Below are positions 55,619-64,000 of a stretch of DNA of 64,000 nt, one piece after another. The translations under genes were made by a program, and so were the position numbers. Numbering within the stretch: position 1 is the stretch's first letter; every line of letters starts with the position of its first letter. The DNA is from a virus (lineage: Duplodnaviria; Heunggongvirae; Uroviricota; Caudoviricetes), in IMG/VR virus record IMGVR_UViG_3300020200_002792; one strand, 5' to 3'. The notes below the pieces were generated by a model. That model ran no database searches. It was not told where the DNA came from and was given only the letters and a program-made list of their open reading frames with translations.

Positions 55619-57232
55619 TCATTTATAATCATCGTATTCAAGTCGTTTCATTACAACAGTATCTTTATCTGCATCCTTGCCAACACACAAGAATACAACT
55701 TCATCGCCACCATAATTTCTACTAGCAAGCACAATTTCACTGCCCCATAAAGAATACAAAGCAGTCATTGTTTCCCTAGTATATCTTTCTTCTAACATCC
55801 TGCCATCCCAAACATGTTGTAAAAGCATCCAGCCTTTATTTCTGTGATTAGGATCGGTTAATCTTATATCAGGAAGACCTCTATTTAACTTACTTCTTAC
55901 TAAATTATTCTTAATTTTCTTGAAACTTTCTGGCGTATCCCCTCTGTTTTCAATAACATGATCACCATTAGGCTGTCTCTTCCATTCAAAGAACTCGTAC
56001 TTCTGGCAGAAATCTTGTGTGAAAAATTCATTAATCAACATCACATCATCATAATATTTCCTAACTTCAAATACTTTTTCCCTACCTTTACCCAACTTTT
56101 CATCCCAATTTTCTTTTTTATTCAAATCTCGACAATTTTCCCATTCATCTCCAAATTTACCTTTATCCCATCTATCTTCTATATCCATAAGAAGTTGGAA
56201 CCCAAGTCTATACGGATTAGCACCATATTTGTCACCTAAAACCATCATTTTGTGTTTTGCATATTCAATAATACCACATCCATAATTTGTACCAATCATA
56301 TCTGCCCAACCACGGCGGCACATCATGTCAAAATCGCCATAACTTGCAAATCCCTCATTAATTGTCTTAGTCATTCCTTGAGGACTAAAATACAAAGCTT
56401 CATCATAAAGCATGCTTGCAATATCAGCTTGCCACGGTTTTAGAGGAGCATAATTCTTTATAAAACCAAATATATCCTTTTCTGGTTCGGCAAAAATACC
56501 CAAATCCTTAATTTTATCAATATGCTTTATTCTTTCATCTTCTTTTTCTTTAAATTCTTTGGTATTAAAATAAGGTTCCATGTAATCATGACCCACAGGC
56601 ACCATTACTCTTCTTGGCAACTCATATTCTTTTTTATCTTGAATAATTGGTTCTTGAATTTGTCTTTCATCCCATATCTTTACTGGATCAATCAATGTTT
56701 CAATTGCCAAAATATTATCAATAAATTCAAAAACCGTCTCTGCTCCGTATCTGTCAATATATTTTCTAATTCTATTTCCGTGATTGGCCATCTTATTCAT
56801 CATGCCAGTATTTGTTGGCTTGAACACTATGTTGTTTTTAAAGAAATCATTATGAAATGTAGCATGAGCAACAACTGTAGCATTATCTAAAAGCGTATTT
56901 GAATTCAAAAGATACATTACACAAGGAGATGTGTTGATCACGATTTCGAACACTCTTTGCATGCCATATTCATAACCTTTATGAAATTCTTCGTATGCCA
57001 TTCCAAACCGCCAATGAGGATAACGATTTGGAAAGCCGTTATAAGCCACAATCTCGCTCATCTCGTCATAAGTTAGTTTTTGGATAATGGTAGGATAAAA
57101 ATCGGCACCGGCTTCACGACAGGCAACAAGAATCTTAGAAAATAAATCTTTTTCAATTTCTGTTAAGTGCTGCCCAGGAACAGTAGCATTTCCTGAAAGT
57201 AATGGGGCACCACGACCAAATTTTGAATACAT
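55619..57232 (-). CDS. SpoVR/YcgB family protein
   Basis: ADFYPTIIQKL..DEM.EIVAYNGFPNRYPHWRFGMAYEEFHKGYEYGMQRVFEIVINTSPCVMYLL matches the SpoVR N-terminal signature. Operonic with YeaH-like and PrkA-like genes. Confidence 0.7.
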   Translation of the reverse strand: MYSKFGRGAPLLSGNATVPGQHLTEIEKDLFSKILVACREAGADFYPTIIQKLTYDEMSEIVAYNGFPNRYPHWRFGMAYEEFHKGYEYGMQRVFEIVINTSPCVMYLLNSNTLLDNATVVAHATFHNDFFKNNIVFKPTNTGMMNKMANHGNRIRKYIDRYGAETVFEFIDNILAIETLIDPVKIWDERQIQEPIIQDKKEYELPRRVMVPVGHDYMEPYFNTKEFKEKEDERIKHIDKIKDLGIFAEPEKDIFGFIKNYAPLKPWQADIASMLYDEALYFSPQGMTKTINEGFASYGDFDMMCRRGWADMIGTNYGCGIIEYAKHKMMVLGDKYGANPYRLGFQLLMDIEDRWDKGKFGDEWENCRDLNKKENWDEKLGKGREKVFEVRKYYDDVMLINEFFTQDFCQKYEFFEWKRQPNGDHVIENRGDTPESFKKIKNNLVRSKLNRGLPDIRLTDPNHRNKGWMLLQHVWDGRMLEERYTRETMTALYSLWGSEIVLASRNYGGDEVVFLCVGKDADKDTVVMKRLEYDDYK

Positions 57233-57240
57233 GTTAATCC

Positions 57241-58458
57241 TTATAAAGACATGTCAAATAAAACAGCTTCTTTTTTGCCTAAAAGTTCAATAATAGCTTT
57301 TTTAATAGCCAAGTTGCGTTCGTCATCTGACAATTCATCAGGTTCCCAACTTCCAGAAGAATAATCAATACTTTTTTCTTTTCCTATGGAAACTGATCTG
57401 TAATTAGCTTTATTCTCCAAATTATCATCAACAAATTTCTTCAAACTTCTTTTATAATCATAAGCCATAATCTGAGTGATACCAAATAGATTGCAGACAT
57501 TAGGAGGAAATTTTTCTTTCAAAGTATTCAGAAAAACATCATTATCTTCATCATAATTATCCCCATCCGTGAAATAGAACACATAAATATTCCATTTTTC
57601 TGGAGGAAATCTGTCTATAAATTGATTAGCCATTAATTTTAAACAGCTACTGCAAGTTGTACCGCCGCCATACCTATATGAATAAAATTTCTTTTCATCA
57701 AGTTCCTGAGCAACTGTATCATGCCAAAAATAACATCTCTCAACTCGTTCATAGAAATGCCTAATCCAAACATCAATCCACCAACACATGTCACTAACCA
57801 CATTACATTTCCAATCATCCATAGAACCAGAACCGTCCCTGCCAAACATAATTACTGCATTGCTACTAGGCTTTTTAATTTCCTTCCATTGTCTAAACCT
57901 GAAATCTCTATCGATTGGAGTTATCAGTTGGATAGGCTGATTTAATCCAGGAAGTTGATGCAAATTATTGATTTCACCTGTAGCACACAAACGCCTTAAA
58001 GCTTCCAACATGGTCCTGCGAAGATGTCTTAAGCTATCTGGACCATTTAAAGATATGTTATTGTATTTTATATCGAATTCATCAACCGTATCATTTTCTT
58101 TGGGTCTAAGATCGGGTAAACACAGTTGGTCCTTCATGAATTGAAGTATATATTCCATAGGAACACTTACCTCAACTCCTTCGCCTTCTTCTTGCCCTGC
58201 ACCATTGCCTTTTTCACCTTCTTTATCACTATCTATAACATCGCCTTTTTTACCAGGCCCACGACCAATACCAGTTGTTGGATCACCATAAATAATGTGC
58301 GGAGTATTAATGCGTGGTAAAGCTATAGACATATGACCATTTTTACCCTTTTTGGCAGTAAAACGTCCCGTATCGAAAAACTTTTTCAGGGCTTTACGTA
58401 AGTTTCCTCCTATAACGTCCCAAAAATGTTTTCGGTCTATTTCAATATTTTTTGGCAT
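57241..58458 (-). CDS. YeaH/YhbH (DUF444) family protein
   Basis: IALPRINTPHIIYGDPTTGIGRGPGKKGDVID... resembles DUF444. Middle gene of the prkA-yeaH-spoVR arrangement. Confidence 0.65.
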   Translation of the reverse strand: MPKNIEIDRKHFWDVIGGNLRKALKKFFDTGRFTAKKGKNGHMSIALPRINTPHIIYGDPTTGIGRGPGKKGDVIDSDKEGEKGNGAGQEEGEGVEVSVPMEYILQFMKDQLCLPDLRPKENDTVDEFDIKYNNISLNGPDSLRHLRRTMLEALRRLCATGEINNLHQLPGLNQPIQLITPIDRDFRFRQWKEIKKPSSNAVIMFGRDGSGSMDDWKCNVVSDMCWWIDVWIRHFYERVERCYFWHDTVAQELDEKKFYSYRYGGGTTCSSCLKLMANQFIDRFPPEKWNIYVFYFTDGDNYDEDNDVFLNTLKEKFPPNVCNLFGITQIMAYDYKRSLKKFVDDNLENKANYRSVSIGKEKSIDYSSGSWEPDELSDDERNLAIKKAIIELLGKKEAVLFDMSL

Positions 58459-58465
58459 TTATAGC

Positions 58466-61400
58466 CTAATCCTTATTGCTTTGAGTACCAGCAAATAGAC
58501 TGCCAACATAATTTAATACATCCGTGGCAGACTGCTGATTATATTTATACTGATCTATTAATCTCTTCTTGACCAAATCAATCTTTTCTTGCAAATCAGG
58601 TTGAACAGTACCAGCAGACTCCACATCTAATGAAGACAATTTAACATGTTCCTTGACATCATCAAATAGTTTAGCTTTCAAAGCTTTTTTCAACTGCTGG
58701 TCACTATCCCATCTAAACTTCTCGCCTTTATTAGCCAAATCACCGATAAAAGCAGCTATAGAAGTTCTAAAAGCGTCAATGCCTCTTTCTGGAACGTCAA
58801 TCTTTTCTTCAATTGACCTCATTAACTTCTCGCTAGGTGGTTCTTCCCTTTGAGTGAATGGGTTCTTGATTTTAGATTTCCTAATATATGCCATCACATT
58901 ATCGATGTAATTAGCACAAATTCTTTCAAGAGCCTTGGCATCACCGCTTAAAGCTTCTCTTACCTCATCTTTTAAAATTTCATTCAATTCTTGTATTGTT
59001 AGCTCCACACAGGTATGGTATCTAGCTAATTCTTCTTTATCTTTGATCAAAGCGTGATTATCCAATCCTTCTCTAATTTCATTCATAACCATAAAAGGAT
59101 TAATATAATCATAATTTGCACTCAAACAATTGCTAATCTTATCTTGTGTATACCTAGCACTGATACCAAATTCCATTCCCTCTTCTGGATATTTGTCCTT
59201 ATATTCCTTGACTGTTTCTTCATTAAACCCAGGTAATATTTCGCCATTATACAACTTAGCTTTCTGTACTGGTGTTAATTTACCTTCTTTATCTGGAGAT
59301 AACCTTGTTAGAATTGTCCACAATGCAGCGACTTCAATAGTATGAGGAGCAATATGTTGTGGAACTTTGCCTTCGCCATAATCTTGCTCCAAAACTTTAA
59401 TTTCATCAGCCAATCTTGTCAAGTATGGAACGTCTATCTTAACAGTACGATCTTTCAAAGCTTCCATGAAAGGATTGCCGAGAAGTTTCTTGTACTCTGG
59501 TTGATTTGAATGGCCCAAAAGCATCTGATCCACAGAAACTTGACTAAACTTCTTAGGTTTAATTTGTTTCTCTTGGCTTGCTCCTAAAAGATCATATAAG
59601 AACTCTTGTGCCAATTTCAGCATTTCAATGAATTCAACTAATCCTCTATTACCAACACATAATTCGCCATTAAAACCAAACGAATTATGGCTAACAAAAC
59701 CGTTGGCCCAATAAGCATGTGTTTCAGGAACGCTCAAATCATAAACATTAATTTTACCTACTTTAGATATGCTTTGGATTGGCAACCAAATAAATTCATC
59801 AGTTAATATTTGTTTTAATGTTTGATAATCAACATCATCATGTGATACTTCTATACTTTCCAAGAAATGTGCCAAAGTTTCATAAGCAACATTAGGTTTT
59901 CTTATTGCATCATGCAAACTACCATTATATTTGCTAATCAAACTAGCCTTATTAGTAGCTTTTTTAAACAAATTAAGCATCAAAGGCTTAATATTAGGCA
60001 AAACATCTACATTAGGAGATGCTTTAGTATCAGTCAAATATCCAGCAGTAAATCTTTTTTCCAAAGAAGGAATAAATTTCAATAATTTGTTGACATTTTT
60101 TCCATAACAACGAACTCGCCAACATCCTTCGTCTTGATATATACCGGATATTACACCAAATGCAAGCAAAACAGATTGAACTTGATCACATAAAACTTCA
60201 GAACAAGAAACAAAAACAGATGTATTAGAACCATTGTTGTTTCTTAAATTTCCATCTGTCTCAAACAATCCCCGCAAAAATTCTGCAACTATAGGAGCAG
60301 GAGAAGCTAAGATACAATCTGGAATGGTCTTAAAAGCAGCATGAGAACAAACCCCTAAAACTTCTTTAAACCAAGATACAAGTTTATTACAACAAACTCT
60401 AGCCACTCCGCTATGATCTTCACGTTGATCGTTTCTTAATTCAATATTGAAACATTCTTGGCATAAATCAATAAAGTCTTGCCTTCTATCATCTTCTTTT
60501 TGAGTATACCCAAATTCATAATTATGAGAATTTTCATTAACATAAATATGGCCATCTCCAGTCCACAAACCTAATAAATATGCTAATTTCTTAGTAACTT
60601 TAGTTGGGAAAATTAAATTATGCTTTTCATTTCCATACATTTCTGGATTAAATGGAGGCAGTTCTACCTCTTTACCAGCCTCCATTTTTAAATATGGACT
60701 TGCTCCTCTAATTAAAGCAATATAATCTCCACTATTTAAATGTTTAACATGTTTCCAAACAACTTGACCATTTTCTAATGTCAAAAACCTATGTTGTTTC
60801 GTACAAGTAATTGAATATCCCAACTTAGTTTTAACTTTATAAGCAGTTTTCTTCCCGCCATTATAAACACTATTAATAGAATTTAATTTATCCTTATCAA
60901 AACTTTGCACCATCAAATCAGAATAAGCAAAACAATCTGCTTTTAATTCATTAGGAACAAACTTTTTAATTTTTCCAATGCCATTGTTTGTAAAAATTAA
61001 AGTATCTCCAGCAACACATCTCGCATCAGCGTCACTGCCAAAATGGGCAAGATTTCTAAAATTAACATCACCAGTTAACTCTGTAGCATCTTGGTTTTTT
61101 TCATCTTTAGGTTGGAAAGTACCAATACCAACTCGATCTGATTCGGAGTGAACCTTTCTCATTACAACGATATGTTCTTTTAATACTTTTTCCCAATCCC
61201 CATCATACAAATTCATTAGCTCATCCATGAATATCTTACATCTTGGGCACAATTCTCCATCACATTTCAACCTATAAACCTTATTTCTTTGTTCCTTAGG
61301 CAAACTATCAAGGTAAACCTCATTTAACTCTGCAAACATCTTAGTTCTGATATTTTGCGGAACTAACTTAATTGGGTCTTCATTCATAGGACAACAATCT

Positions 61401-61876
61401 TCGTCACTAATAAAAACCTTTTGAGGAAGTTTAATCCATTTAAAGGAATACCAAGCTCCTGCATCTGTCCTTGAATATCTTTCCAGACCCTTTTTAAGAA
61501 GTCTCGCTATAGTTGATTTAGCTGAGCCTACTGGACCGTGTAACAACAAAATACGCTTTTCAGTACCATAATTACCTGCTGCACCTTTAATAAACTTAAC
61601 AATACTATCTAATGTTTCTTCTAAACCAAAAATGGGTACTTCTTCGTCATCAAAAAACTTATAATGATTAAGACTCTTGTGGTATTTTATGAAAGGCTCA
61701 TATCCTTTAGAACAAACCATATCATAAATTCTCTGATAAGCTGTTCTGACAAGCAAAGGATTTTCAAAAACCTTTCCAAGATATTCGTCAAATGATATCT
61801 TTTCATGCAAATTAGCGTATAAATTTTTATCGAATCTCTCTGCAAGCTTACTTAAAGAGTCAAATTTCTTTTCCAT
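58466..61876 (-). CDS. PrkA/YeaG-type AAA+ serine protein kinase interrupted by an intein (extein ~691 aa)
   Basis: N-terminal AAA block ILLLHGPVGSAKSTIARLLK. Extein length after intein removal fits PrkA (~640-700 aa). Confidence 0.75.
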   Translation of the reverse strand: MEKKFDSLSKLAERFDKNLYANLHEKISFDEYLGKVFENPLLVRTAYQRIYDMVCSKGYEPFIKYHKSLNHYKFFDDEEVPIFGLEETLDSIVKFIKGAAGNYGTEKRILLLHGPVGSAKSTIARLLKKGLERYSRTDAGAWYSFKWIKLPQKVFISDEDCCPMNEDPIKLVPQNIRTKMFAELNEVYLDSLPKEQRNKVYRLKCDGELCPRCKIFMDELMNLYDGDWEKVLKEHIVVMRKVHSESDRVGIGTFQPKDEKNQDATELTGDVNFRNLAHFGSDADARCVAGDTLIFTNNGIGKIKKFVPNELKADCFAYSDLMVQSFDKDKLNSINSVYNGGKKTAYKVKTKLGYSITCTKQHRFLTLENGQVVWKHVKHLNSGDYIALIRGASPYLKMEAGKEVELPPFNPEMYGNEKHNLIFPTKVTKKLAYLLGLWTGDGHIYVNENSHNYEFGYTQKEDDRRQDFIDLCQECFNIELRNDQREDHSGVARVCCNKLVSWFKEVLGVCSHAAFKTIPDCILASPAPIVAEFLRGLFETDGNLRNNNGSNTSVFVSCSEVLCDQVQSVLLAFGVISGIYQDEGCWRVRCYGKNVNKLLKFIPSLEKRFTAGYLTDTKASPNVDVLPNIKPLMLNLFKKATNKASLISKYNGSLHDAIRKPNVAYETLAHFLESIEVSHDDVDYQTLKQILTDEFIWLPIQSISKVGKINVYDLSVPETHAYWANGFVSHNSFGFNGELCVGNRGLVEFIEMLKLAQEFLYDLLGASQEKQIKPKKFSQVSVDQMLLGHSNQPEYKKLLGNPFMEALKDRTVKIDVPYLTRLADEIKVLEQDYGEGKVPQHIAPHTIEVAALWTILTRLSPDKEGKLTPVQKAKLYNGEILPGFNEETVKEYKDKYPEEGMEFGISARYTQDKISNCLSANYDYINPFMVMNEIREGLDNHALIKDKEELARYHTCVELTIQELNEILKDEVREALSGDAKALERICANYIDNVMAYIRKSKIKNPFTQREEPPSEKLMRSIEEKIDVPERGIDAFRTSIAAFIGDLANKGEKFRWDSDQQLKKALKAKLFDDVKEHVKLSSLDVESAGTVQPDLQEKIDLVKKRLIDQYKYNQQSATDVLNYVGSLFAGTQSNKD
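59684..61018 (-). mobile_element. LAGLIDADG intein in PrkA (445 aa)
   Basis: Starts CVAGDTLIFTNNG, ends GFVSHN followed by SFG. LAGLIDADG blocks LAYLLGLWTGDGHIY and EFLRGLFETDGNL. Confidence 0.75.
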
Positions 61877-61930
61877 TATATCTCCTTACTAATAAATTAT
61901 AACTAATATAAAAGTTAATGCAATACGTAT

Positions 61931-62263
61931 TTAAATTTTTCCGAAATCAAAATTAGCATCATTATTGAAATCATTAATGTCATTAAAAGGTTGTGTTCCC
62001 ATATGAGATGCCGCTTCTGCCCTGCGACGTTCACCTTTAGCCTGTTCCATGTTATGATCAGCCACATAAGAAAAAGAATCAGCTTTGCTGGTTCCTCTTG
62101 GATTAGTAAAAATAACTTCTAAACAAGCAGTTGGTAATTGAATTTTTCGCTTAGACTTGCAATTAGGGCATTTCACTTTACTATATTTGCCAGTAGCATC
62201 ATATGGAACTAAATCTATATAAACTAAATCACATTTTTTACACGAAAATCGATATGAAGGCAT
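61931..62263 (-). CDS. FmdB-like zinc-ribbon protein
   Basis: YRFSCKKCD...VKCPNCKS: CxxC...CxxC within the first 40 aa. Confidence 0.35.
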   Translation of the reverse strand: MPSYRFSCKKCDLVYIDLVPYDATGKYSKVKCPNCKSKRKIQLPTACLEVIFTNPRGTSKADSFSYVADHNMEQAKGERRRAEAASHMGTQPFNDINDFNNDANFDFGKI

Positions 62264-62548
62264 TTATTCCTCTTCTTCGTCTTCCTGAAATTCGGCCATT
62301 ACCAAATATTTAAATATATTATAGGTTTCTATGATTATTTTTAATTTATTTTTTTTAGTTCTAAACTTCCAAAACCAAGATTTTTCAAGAAATTGAACAG
62401 TTTTATGAAGTAACTTCTGGTTCATATCTATTTGGACCAAATTTAACTGCATCAATTCCAAAGAATTATTCATTTGTTCCTGTTCGTTATTACCTTCTGT
62501 ATCTGGGAACAAGTTTTCATCCTCTTCATCATCGTCAAATCTTCTCAT
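62264..62548 (-). CDS. acidic hypothetical protein
   Basis: D/E-rich N- and C-termini. Confidence 0.3.
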   Translation of the reverse strand: MRRFDDDEEDENLFPDTEGNNEQEQMNNSLELMQLNLVQIDMNQKLLHKTVQFLEKSWFWKFRTKKNKLKIIIETYNIFKYLVMAEFQEDEEEE

Positions 62549-62550
62549 TT

Positions 62551-63087
62551 TTACCTCAAATTTAAGTAAATATTAGCTATCTGCTTCCAAATTCTAAGAA
62601 CTTTAACACCATTAACATCCAATTTATCATCCATAAAATTATCTGCTAATACAAATGGGCAATCTACTTTATTATCTATCCACTCAGATATAACAAAGTT
62701 ACCAAAACCATTTTTATAAGAAACAAATGAATAATATTTATCTTCATTTACGTCACACAAAAACTTGTCAGTATTATCTAAAGTAGTATTTAAGACATTA
62801 AGCGTCTCTTCGCTCAATTCTCTAATAGCCACAACAAATGAGTCTAAAACTAATAAATTACTATTTTTAGGTGGATTTTTAGATAAATGAAAGGGAACTT
62901 GACACTTTCTAGGCCATGAAAATATCTGATCTTTTATATCAGCGGCGTTGCAATAAATAGAAACTTCTGCATCTGGCACATTCTTTTTAAGAGAATACCA
63001 ACAGCAGAAGGCTGACCAATCACCTGAATAGCTAAAATTGGTTTTAATAGCTATTTTAAGATTCATTCCTAATGGATTTATCTGCAC
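62551..63087 (-). CDS. hypothetical protein
   Basis: No recognised motif. Confidence 0.3.
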   Translation of the reverse strand: MQINPLGMNLKIAIKTNFSYSGDWSAFCCWYSLKKNVPDAEVSIYCNAADIKDQIFSWPRKCQVPFHLSKNPPKNSNLLVLDSFVVAIRELSEETLNVLNTTLDNTDKFLCDVNEDKYYSFVSYKNGFGNFVISEWIDNKVDCPFVLADNFMDDKLDVNGVKVLRIWKQIANIYLNLR

Positions 63088-63099
63088 ATTCTAATAGAG

Positions 63100-63384
63100 T
63101 TAATGTTTGCGATTAGCTATGCCAGTTTTGTTTAAAATATATGGTCTAGCAGGAAGATGTCCAGTTTTGAAAGGATTCATATGCTCTGGACCGCCTTTTC
63201 GAAAGATTTGTCTTGGAATTTGCTTGCCAAAATCTAAATTACTTATTCCACGTAATTTTAATTCATCAAGTGCTAAAAACTCCTTAAAAGTCATATTGTA
63301 TTTATCACAATAATAAGTTATTCTGGCTCCCAAAATTCCTCTCCATTTTTCCAATAATGGACAATATATCCAGGACCAGACCAA
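63100..63384 (-). CDS. hypothetical protein
   Basis: No recognised motif. Confidence 0.3.
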   Translation of the reverse strand: MVWSWIYCPLLEKWRGILGARITYYCDKYNMTFKEFLALDELKLRGISNLDFGKQIPRQIFRKGGPEHMNPFKTGHLPARPYILNKTGIANRKH

Positions 63385-63395
63385 TGATATTTTTT

Positions 63396-63507
63396 ATCTA
63401 ATTGAGCGGCGAAAACCCCTACTTCGCTAGAAGCAAGCATACGGCAGGGAGTTGAGCGAAGCGAAACGACCAGAGTATGCTTGCCCTTTAGGGTAGGGGA
63501 TGAAGCC
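63396..63507 (-). repeat. GC-rich hairpin element X, copy 2, inverted relative to copy 1
   Basis: The reverse complement matches X1 in both flanks (cttcatcccctaccctaaagggcaagc; ggttttcgccgc). Stem gcaagcatac/gtatgcttgc has compensatory changes relative to X1. Confidence 0.6.
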
Positions 63508-63529
63508 GTCTCCTAAAAATAACACCTAA

Positions 63530-63976
63530 TCAACCAATCATTGAACACTGATTGCACTCACTAACATTTGCACCGCTAGAAAGTGCCTCAAAATCTTCCT
63601 TCTCTTCCATGTCATATAACTGATACAATATTTCATAGTAATCATGCTCTGTCGCACCAATATGCAAATCATAGAAGTGCTGTCTTCCTGCATCCGATAA
63701 CAAATACTCGGTCATGCGATATATGGCATCCTTCTCATTCTTGCCAGCAGGAGCAATAAGTTCTCCAATAGCAGCAGAAACTAAATTTGTATCACCGACA
63801 TAAGGGTGAAGTACCCACGACCCTAAAGGGTCGGGGCTTCCTGCTTCATCCACAGTCGCTTGTATTCCACTTGGGAGGTAAGTCTTATACCATGTCCACA
63901 GGCTTAAATTCCCCCACTTCCTGGGGTATAAGAGCCTTAAATTTTGGTTCTCAAATACATCACACTTGGTTATCAT
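63530..63976 (-). CDS. hypothetical protein; N-terminal 57 aa encoded within repeat A copy 2, unique C-terminal 91 aa
   Basis: Unique part ...GDTNLVSAAIGELIAPAGKNEKDAIYRMTEYLLSDAGRQHFYDLHIGATEHDYYEILYQLYDMEEKEDFEAL looks protein-like. N-terminus shared with ORF 15842..16135. Confidence 0.3.
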   Translation of the reverse strand: MITKCDVFENQNLRLLYPRKWGNLSLWTWYKTYLPSGIQATVDEAGSPDPLGSWVLHPYVGDTNLVSAAIGELIAPAGKNEKDAIYRMTEYLLSDAGRQHFYDLHIGATEHDYYEILYQLYDMEEKEDFEALSSGANVSECNQCSMIG

Positions 63977-64000
63977 GCGATGTATATTGAAGACGCTTTA
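63806..64000. repeat. 195-bp direct repeat A, copy 2; truncated by the window end
   Basis: Matches 15965..16159. Confidence 0.8.

Noticed and set aside
1-64000. Nucleocytoplasmic giant virus (mimivirus-like) origin, suggested by AT-richness, MetRS, many inteins and HNH genes
   Set aside because: Shine-Dalgarno-like sites precede many starts. The polymerase is bacterial DnaE, not family B. IF3, PDF, bS21 and tmRNA are bacterial-type. The capsid protein is T4 gp23-like with gp21/gp22 partners.
1-64000. CRISPR arrays, rRNA genes, additional tRNA genes
   Set aside because: No regularly spaced direct repeats. No rRNA-like conserved stretches. A manual scan of intergenic gaps found no cloverleaf candidates other than the tmRNA ends. 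A tRNA scan should still be run.

Overview
AT-rich (~one-third GC), densely coding 64 kb segment, read here as part of a large T4-like bacteriophage genome rather than a eukaryotic giant virus. Main evidence: a gp21-protease/gp22-scaffold/gp23-major-capsid head module, with the capsid protein clearly T4 gp23-like. Supporting evidence: Shine-Dalgarno-like sites before many starts, and bacterial-type DnaE (Pol III alpha), IF3, peptide deformylase, bS21 and a tmRNA. Other content: MetRS core, dUTPase, DnaJ plus a GroES/gp31-like co-chaperonin, a Dda-like helicase, a metallophosphoesterase, a CAP-domain lipoprotein, PspA- and SPFH-like membrane proteins, a 2-keto-acid decarboxylase plus an aldehyde dehydrogenase, a truncated UDP-glucose-dehydrogenase-like gene, three GT9-like glycosyltransferase paralogs, a degenerate PurA/PurZ-family protein, a MoxR-AAA/DUF2201-metallopeptidase/VWA module, and a PrkA-YeaH-SpoVR triad. 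The window is packed with selfish elements: four LAGLIDADG inteins (two in dnaE, one in the Walker A loop of an AAA ATPase, one in PrkA) and at least six free-standing homing-endonuclease-like genes. dnaE is split into two ORFs 4.9 kb apart, with a tmRNA, an HNH gene and the intein-bearing AAA ATPase in between. At least eight otherwise unrelated proteins share a T4-internal-protein-like capsid-targeting N-terminus and are candidate ejected effectors. A large serine recombinase lies beside a composite repeat: a 195-bp direct repeat plus a ~100-bp hairpin element whose two copies lie in inverted orientation ~47 kb apart. Many short ORFs nested antisense inside long genes are treated as spurious.
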